Positions 17,001 to 26,000 of a stretch of 64,000 nucleotides of DNA are shown here, in pieces; positions within the stretch are counted from its first letter, which is position 1; every line of letters begins with the position of its first letter. The stretch lies in IMG/VR virus record IMGVR_UViG_3300046822_000286; one strand, given 5' to 3'. Position numbers and translations under genes: made by a program. The notes below the pieces were generated by a model. It worked only from the letters and a program-made list of their open reading frames with translations, did not search any database and was not told where the DNA came from. This DNA comes from a virus.

Positions 17001-20000
17001 CCCTTCTGCCCGAGTTCCTTGCGCACGCCATCCACGATTGCCGGATCGGCCTGCAGTGCCTCCGCAGAGCGGTTCCAGTCGCCCAGTTTGGCTAGGCGTT
17101 TCGCTAGCAATACCCCGCTCCCGATCGATGGTGCCTTTGCGATTCGGTTTCCGGATACAGTGTGCAAGATCTCGAAGCCTTCGCCTTCCAGTTCAGGTGT
17201 AACGGCCAGTCCGGGCACGACCGGGTACACCTTCACCGTCTGGCCCTTTCCGTCTCTGGTAGGGATACTCAGCGTCGTTTCCCGTTGCTCTGGAGGTGCG
17301 GGCACCGGCGATGGTGAACCCATGGCGTTCGGTCCAGGCACTGGCGGCTGATCGGGCGATGGCGTTGGCTCGGTGGCCATCGCTTCATGTTCCGGCAGGA
17401 CGGGCATGCCCTTTTCCTTCATTACCGGAATCAGTTCTTTCAGTTTGGCCTTGTCCGCCTCGATCGCCTTGCGTGCTTCGTTTATAGCCTTCTCCGCCTT
17501 AGCGACCGTCTCGGCGCGGGTCTGCTCTTCCTGTCGTAGGTTCGCGATAGCGCTGCGGTGCTGTTCGATCAGGCGCGCTGTGTAGTCGGCGTTGCCGCGA
17601 CCGGCCTTAATGTCCGCCGTGTACTGTTCGATCTTCTGCTCGCGGCTGGCAATCTCATCCTGTACCTGCTTGAGCATCCGCCGGTCTTCGGCGACGACAT
17701 CGGTCTCAAGTTCGGCCAACTTCTCCGTGTTCGTCGTGATGCGCCGCGAGACCTGCCAATACTCGAGCGTCGAAGTATCGATCTGGGCCTCCGCTGAGAT
17801 GTCGGCGTAGTTGCGATGGTCCTGATCGAAGTCCATGACCTGATCGGCGTCACCGAACCAGAGGTTCTCGTTCCACTGGGCCTTGCGCGCCAGCATCGCG
17901 TACATCTTGGCGTCCGACGTTCCCTTGCCGACGTACCGATGGATACGTACCGATTCCTGCTTGTTGCCCTGGCGGACACCGCGGCCCTCGCGCTGCTCCA
18001 ATGCGGCCGGCGTCCACGGAACATCGTAGTGATGGATGTCGGTCGTGTTCGCCTGTAGGTTCATGCCCTCGCCCATCGATGACGTGGTCCCGATCAGGAA
18101 GCGCACCTTACCTTCGGCGTTCAATTGTTGCACTTTGAACTTCTTCGCCGCGCTGTTATTCGTTGCCTGATTGATGATCGCGATCTGGTCTTCCGGGATG
18201 CCGGCGGCCATGAGCGCTTCCTTGATCGACTTGTGGACATTGACCAATTCGTAGGTCTTGATCTTGCCAGGAGTCGCCTTGTCGCTGCTATCTTTCGTGT
18301 CGCTGGCTGCGGTCGACGACGCCTCGAGATCGTTAACGAGAGCCGCAGCATCGTCATCGACATCAACGCCGTGCAGTTCACCCTCGCCCTTCTTGGCGAG
18401 CCATGCCTGGATCAGTTTCTCTTCCTTGCTGCCTTCCTCCACGTGGGCGACGGCCCGGTAGATATCCATGAAGATCAATTGGGTGTTGTCACCCTGCTCG
18501 GAATCTTTGACCTGCCGGATGATCTCGTTCAGTTTCGAGCCTTCGCGCCCCAACGAGTTCGCATACTTCGTCGGGTTGTAGATGGCGAGATCGCCAGCCA
18601 GTTTACGCGCGAGTGTCAGGACCGACAGATGGTTCCATCCATGGGCCGCTGCGTCCGCGAAATGCTTCGTGACCCATTCATCCAACTCGGCTACCCGGGC
18701 GGCTTCATAGATCACCGCAGGCGACGGATTCAGCAGGTGCTCGGTGTACGCCGGCGTCGGACGATTCAGCGCAAAGGCACTGGTCGGACGCATATCGATG
18801 TAGCGGCGGAAGATCGACCGAAGATCGTTCAGGTTCTTGTAGCCAAGGAAGACCGTCCGGATCTTCGGCACTCCGGTCGTCGACGGTTCCTCGACCTGTC
18901 CGACGATGCCGAACTGCTCGACGAAGTCGCCCGCGTTGTGGATGCCGCGCTGCTTCCACTCGTCCGGCGCGATGTACTTCATCATCGAATAGATTTCGAT
19001 CGGGTTGTTCGGCGTCGGCGTCGCTGTCGCCATCCAGACGTTCTGTCCTGGACGGCCACCCTTGCGCTCGTGAATGTACCGAGTCTTGTAGCCCATGTCG
19101 GCCGCGCGATCGGAATACGATCCGGCGTGCAGCCAATCCGACATGTCCATGTACTGAACCGGAGCGTTCTTGTAGTTGTGGCCCTCGTCCACGATGATCG
19201 AATCGATTCCGGTATCTTCGAAGAAGATCGCATTCGTCTTCTTCATGTCCTGAATCTTGGCCAACTTTTCGGAGTATTTCCGGATCTGCTCCTGAATCAT
19301 GGACTCCGTCTTCTTGTCGTTCTTCTGGCTGACCGCATGGAGGCGCTCGCTCAGTTCCCGCAGGTCCTCCTGGATGTACTCCTCGGCGGAGCGTAGCGGG
19401 ATTTCCTTCATCCCTTCGTAGGTGCTCAGGACAAAGTCCGCATCGCTGGACGCTACTCGGTGCAGCGTCTTGTTGCGGTTCTTCGAGTTCATGCCACCGG
19501 TGTCGAGGATGAAGGCGTTCGGGAACATCTGCATGATCTCGTAGCCCCAGTTCTTGATCACCTTCGCCGGCACGACGTATATCGGCTTCCTGATCAGTCC
19601 ACGCTGCTTTGCCAGTTGGCCCAGCATGATCATCGCCATGGTCTTACCGCTACCGACACCCTGGCCGTTGATACCAGAGCGCATATGCAGCATTTGATTG
19701 GCGACTTCCCACTGGTGGTTACCGATCTTCAATGGCTTGCCCTTGAACGTGCCAGACATGCCGTTGACCTGAACTTCCTGAGAGGACGGAGACCGGTGCC
19801 GATAGGATCGGTACATCCGGTTGTACGTCGGTACGAGGTGCTCGGTGAGCTTAGGATTCTGCGAGAACCAGTCCTTGAAATGGTTCCCGACCTGATCGAT
19901 GATTCGCTGTTTGGCGAGATCGAAGATCTCTTTCCTCTTCGGATTGCCGCGGTAATCGGTTTCACCGGTATCAATCCACTTCGTGAGCCGCTTGTGGTTC

Positions 20001-23000
20001 AGGAACCCCTGAATATCCTCGGCCGTAAATTCGTGGTCGGCCATCTGGTTCGTTTTCGGATCGGTGATCACGTTCAGTTTGAGCCGGCCGGCTCCTCCGA
20101 TCTCCCACATGGTCCGGTTATTCTCTGGAACGTATTCCTGAATGCCGTTCATGCCGAACGATCGAAGCCACTGGATAACCGTTCCCTGGTCCATGTAGGA
20201 AGCGAACGGGTCGACCGGCAGGTTCTGGATCGTCGCCTGCTCTGGCAGCGCCGCGTGCAGCCCGCTGAGTTGATGCTTCAACTGCGATACGATCTGCGGG
20301 TCGGTGGCCTGCTGGAGCATCGCCTCGGTCTGATCGATCTTTGGCCAGATCGGGCCGTACATGTACTCATCGTCGATATTGATCGTCGGCTTGCCATCCG
20401 CGCTGAGGCTCTCGATGCTGAAGCCGGGCTTACCCACGAGGTCCTTGTCGATATCCGCCGGCTCCCCGTTGTACTTCGCTTCGATCTCCGGACGAGAGGC
20501 CGCGAATTCGCCGGTCTGCTCGTAAACAAACTTGGCGACATCAGCGAGATCTTTATCGTTGTACGCTCGGGCGACAACCGGTTGGCGGTAGATCGTGTTG
20601 CGATCAAAGATGTCGGCAAACTTTCCTTCGTCGTCCGTCAGACCGGCCAGCAGCCACCGCCGCGGATCTTCGAACGACAGCACCATCGACTCCGTTCCGC
20701 CGTTCAGGAATCTCCACAGGAACGGATCGTAGCCAGGAGGCTTACCTAACTTCTTGCCGGTCTTGTCGCCGTATTGTGAACGGTAGTTCGTGATCGCGGC
20801 CTTCAGTTGTGGCCGGATCTTATTCGCCGTCGCATCGTCGTTCTGCCGGAGCGCGCCGTACAGGCGGTCCGCCATGTCCATCATATTGACGGCTGCGAGC
20901 AATCGTCCCTGCGTTTTCTCTGGTAGCCCCTTCGGGAACGCGGGGTAAATATTCCCGTCCGAGTGGGCGAATGCCAGATCATTCGTCTTGGGCCTGACGA
21001 TCAGTGTGCCATGGCGTACACCTTCCGGCGCCTTGCCGACCGGCTTCTCGGTCTCTATCTCGGCGTTCGGCGCCGCGACCGTCTCTTCCGGCTTCCACTG
21101 GATATGATCTCCAAGGCTCGTTCCGATGAAGTCCTCGATCGGCTTTGTCGGACGGACGCCCATGCGCGTGACTTGTCGCACGCCATAGCCGGCCTCCGGC
21201 TGTCCCCACATCTGCCCCGGGTTCTCGATGTAGTATTTCGAGATGCGGGCTGGCGGCTGATCCGGCTTCGAGAACTTGTCGGTCGTTGTGGATTCGACCC
21301 AGTCCTTGTTGTAGCCGAACGGACGAGTGAACCCCATCTTAGCGAGGTCCTCGACGGTGGCAATCTTGCCTTCCTTTAGCGCCTTGAATGCTTCGATCTC
21401 TTCGGGCGTACGCTTCCGCAGCAGGATGGCGTCGACAGAACCGCCGTACTGGGTGTTCTTTTTAAACTCACCAGCTGGTGTGCGGTACGCGCCGAGGAAC
21501 TCCGCCTTCTCGTTGATCAGTTTCCTGATCTCGTCTCCGGCTTTGTCCATCGTGCCGGTCGACGTCAGGAAGAATACGAGGCCGTTCGGTTTCGCCACGT
21601 CCAATCCCTTCACAAAGAAGAAATCGTGCAGCGTGTCGATGTCCTTGTATTCCTGCGCATCCTTCGCGTAGCGGAGTTCGCCTCGGCTGGCCGAGAACGG
21701 TACGTTCGACATGACGATGTCGAACTTCTGCCGGCTATTGAAATTCTCGAACGGTTTGTTATGGACGGTCGCGTCCGGGTACAGCAACTGCGTGATCTTC
21801 GCCGCAATCGGATCGATCTCGACGGCGGTCATTCGCACGCCAGCAGGCGCGAAGCCGAGATAGTTACCGACGCCGGCCGCTGGTTCGAGCATGCTCGCGC
21901 CTTCGAGCGGATAGCCCATGGCAGCAAGTTTGTCCCACTGCCATTGAACGACTTTGTAGGAAGTGTAATGCTGGAAGAGGACGCCTTCATCGGCGGTTCC
22001 CAGCCCACCCTGGCCAGTGTACTGGCGAAGGATGTCTTGCTCTTCTGGCGTGAGCGGGTCGCCTTGGTTCTTCGCACCGGCGATCGCAATCGCCTTGGCG
22101 TTGATCTCGCGCCGCTGCTGTGGCGTCAGATCGATCGGCTCTTTCCCGACTAGGGTAAAACGTTCTCCGGTGGCTGGCCGAGGCTGCTGTTGTTGAGGTC
22201 TTCTCGGAGCTCCTGGCTTGGAAGGCCTCCCTGGAGATACTCCTTCGCCAGATCCGACACCAGGTTCTCCCGGCCCACCTTCTCCACGTGGTCCTTCGGC
22301 AGGCGGTCCACCTCCTGCTCCGCCAGTCGGTTCGCCCGCTGGACCCTCTCCATTTCCGACTCCGGTTGTTGGCTTAGCATTGACATCGGATTCTCCTCGC
22401 GGCGCTGGTACCGGCGGCGGTCCGCGATCGGGCGGTCCGGCGGTCGGCTCCTGTGCCGGTTTCTCTGGTGGCGGCGGAGCGGATACCGGCTTCTTCCCGG
22501 TCGCGGCCGCCACGTCGTCGATTAAAGCATATGCTGTCGGCAGGTAAGGTGCCACCCAGTCGCCAGCCGCACTCATGGCGTGCGACCACGCTGGCCAGTC
22601 GGGCGATGTCTGATAGAGGTAGGCGCCGAGCTTTAGGAGTTTGGCCCGGGTACCGGGGTCGAGTTGGGTGATGTCGGCATCACTTCGCTCAGGTCCGGCG
22701 CCGCCGGCCACTTCGGGTTGCGCACCTGGACCGCCGCTCGGTAGACCTTCGCCGCGTCCACGCCCTCCGACTGCGCCTTCTCCAGCAACATCCTCAGCAC
22801 CGGCTTGCTCATCTCCTCCGGTTGCAACGCTGGAGCTAATCTTGCCAAATATGTTTTCTCCTGCCCACTGAGGCCGGAGGTTGGTGAGGTCGTCATAGAG
22901 TCCACTATATGCCTCGCCGCCGTTGTGTTCCAGTACGGCCTGCAGTTCGGCCTGCACGTGCGCCGAGTCCAGTAGCGTGAGGTCGATGTTTCTGGAGAGC

Positions 23001-26000
23001 TCGCCTGCGAACTTTTCATCGTGATCACGCACGGCCTGATGGCTCAGTTCATGGACGAGCGTCGAGACAATGCGAGCCGCTACCATGGCCGGCCCTTCCG
23101 TGGGGGCGATGTGCCGGAACTGGATGGCGGAGAGGACCTCGTCCATGATCGTGTACGGGTTCACGAGGATCAGGTTGTGATCCCAATCCAGCATCTTGCC
23201 GTGGATATTGATACCGAGATATTTGGTGCCGAGGCCGATGCCGATAGCGGCTGGATCGAGTTCGCCGTCCATTCGCCCCCGGTTGATCGCGCCAAGCAGC
23301 GTGTCCATGGACGACATGATCTGGTCCGATAGCCGCTGGACGTACGGGCGCTTCGACAGCGCTTCGACCTGGTCCGGCGGAAGATTGCCAGAGGTGTCAA
23401 CGATCGGGAGCGAATTCGGTCCAGGGATGACAGGGGCATTCAGTATCCGGTCGACGTAGGCGGCTTTCTCGCCCTCGAGCGCGCGGAGGACGAAGTTATC
23501 ACTCAGCCATTCCCGTATCTTTTCCGTCAGGTCGTGATCGCGGATGCGTTCACGGTCCGGCGCGAATGGATATCCAGCCTCCTCGGGGCCGGCCTTCGGA
23601 TGGATGTTGACGACGAGCGGGCCTGGCAGCATGGTTCCGGAGAGATGCTTCGGCACGCTGATGCTGTTGTTGAACTGGTACAGACCGTTATTCAAGATGG
23701 AATAGGTAACCGCTCCGTAGTCGCCAACCTTCTCCTTCCCGTCGCCCAGATGAATATCGGCAGACGATCCAGGCGTCTCGACCTGTGCCAGTTTCTGCAG
23801 CCGCACGGAACTCGGTTCGATGAACAGTCCGTTAAGTTTGAAACTGACCCGGTACGGCAGTAGCGATGTCGACTTCATCATGTCGCCCGCGAACCGGCCC
23901 ATGTAGAACTGCCCCATGGTGACGTCCGGGCTGAGTTTGATCCGGATATTGGTCCCAGTGATTTCCTCGTCAGCAGGATGCGTCTCGACGTCCAGGCCTA
24001 GTTCTGGATCGACCCAATCTGCCCCCTTACCGTAGAGTGTCGTGACGAAGCGCTTGCCGGTCTTCGGATCTTCGGCGACCGTATGGATATCGATCTCGTC
24101 GGCGTTGGCAAAAATGGCCACCTTGGCGATCCCGAACCCGCCGGAGGAACCCTCGGCCTTCTTGCTGCCGCCGATGTCCATCAGTTCTTTCTGCGCGACT
24201 TCCGGCGTCATACCGGAGCCGTTGTCGGCCATGTAGATGGTCCGCCTGTTAGTATCGACCTCGATCGTTACGCCGCGCGATTCCGGATTGTCCAGTCCGC
24301 GCAGGGAGTCGAGGGCGTTCTGCAGCATCTCGCGCACGGCGACGACGCCGAGATCGCCGTTATAGAGATTGCCGCCGAGCGTCTTCACGATGCGCGGATC
24401 CAGACCGGCAGCGGCCTTGCCCTCTCCGGTCTTCATCTCGCTGATCATATTCTGCCGATCGGCGAGCCACTGCTTCACGCGGGCAACTTCATTAGGCTTC
24501 GGTGGTTTCAGACGTTCGCGGATGGAGTTTGCCCGATCGTACGCGTCCTTCGCGGCGGCGAGAAGTTCGTCGTCGGATCCGAGATTCAGTTCGCGCGGTC
24601 CAGTGTGGCCGGTTCCAAAGCGCGCCTTGTCGAGGATGTCCTTGATGCGCTCAACGACTTCGTCTTTTGGATAGAGGCCGCGCACCAGTTCGTCGTATTG
24701 CCGGGCGAGATCTTCTTCGGTCCCGGCCTCAGCATCTTCCGGGTATAAGACGTTCTCCACCTCGGACTGTGACATCTCGGAATCGATACGATCAATCAAG
24801 TCGTCAAGTTCGCCCTCGAGTTTATCGATGCCGCCAGTCTTGCCAGACTCATATCGTTGATCGATTTCGTCGGCAAGGTTCTCGGCCCGGTCGACCATCC
24901 GCTGGAGTTCGTCGGGCATGGCGTGACCCTTGAGCGCGAGGTTACTCGAACGCTTCATCTCGCTGACGAAGTCGCTAATCTTCTTCGGATTGATCGCGCT
25001 CTCCGGCCCCAGCGCGAGATCCTTCATCAAATCGTCGATCGCGCCGGTCTTCGGCGTCTCGCTGAGCGCCTCCTTCACGATCTCCGCGTCGCTCTTCGCC
25101 TTGCCTGTCGGCTTCGGTTTCGGCGCAGGCTTTGGTGCCGGGGCCGGCTTCGGACCTGGCACAGGAGCCGGACCGGCAGCAGGAGGTGCGGCTGGCGGTA
25201 GACCGCCCGCCATCGTCTCGTACTCCTTCTGCATCTGGTCGGCGACACCCTGCGCCGACGCCTGATCGGTAAACGGAGTACGGGGAAGCGGCGCGCCATT
25301 CGGGCGCACGACTTCAAACTTGCCGTCTGGTGTTTGGCGGACCGAATAGCTACCGCGCGGCGCCGCGACCGGCGGTCCAGCGACGGGCGGGAGGGGCTTC
25401 GGCGCTTCCGGCGCCGAGACCGGCTTCGTCTCCGGCATCTTTCCGCCCATCGACTGGAACTGATCGTCGGTCAACTCCGGATAACCGAACGCCTTCATCG
25501 TCTTGAGATAGTTCGGATGCCGCTCGTGGACGGTACCGTCCGCAGTGACAACCTTGCCCTGATAGGTTCCGGCCACGTCCTTGCCGGCAATCACGAACTG
25601 CTTCTTCGGCTTGAGCGCAGGCGGCTGTGGCGCTTCTGCCGGTGGAGGCGGAACAGCGCCGGCTGGCACGTTCGCCTGACGCTCATGGGCGTGCCGGATC
25701 AGTTGGATGCTGGCCTGACCGTTCGGTGGCTTCTTGTCGTCGAGCACCCAGCCGTCTTTGTCTTTGTACAAATACTCGCGGCCACCCGTATCGGCGTACG
25801 CGCGGAGGAGTTTCGACGGGTCGATCCGGTAGTCCTCCGGCATCCCACCCTCAAGCCACGCGTGGATCCACTGGAAGACGCGGGAGTGGCTCAGGATGCC
25901 GACGCTCTCCGTCGGATTCTTCTCGAACTCGTCCATGATCCGCTGGACCGTTGGGCCGAGTTGATCTTCCCACTGATGGAAGCTCTGTCCGTCCCTGGTG

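Noticed and set aside
18125-20749. Two long plus-strand ORFs (423 and 429 aa) antisense to the giant gene
   Set aside because: They are Arg/Leu/Asp-rich shadow frames, as is typical opposite a high-GC coding strand. They have no SD and no motifs. The minus-strand frame carries verified helicase motifs at the same coordinates.
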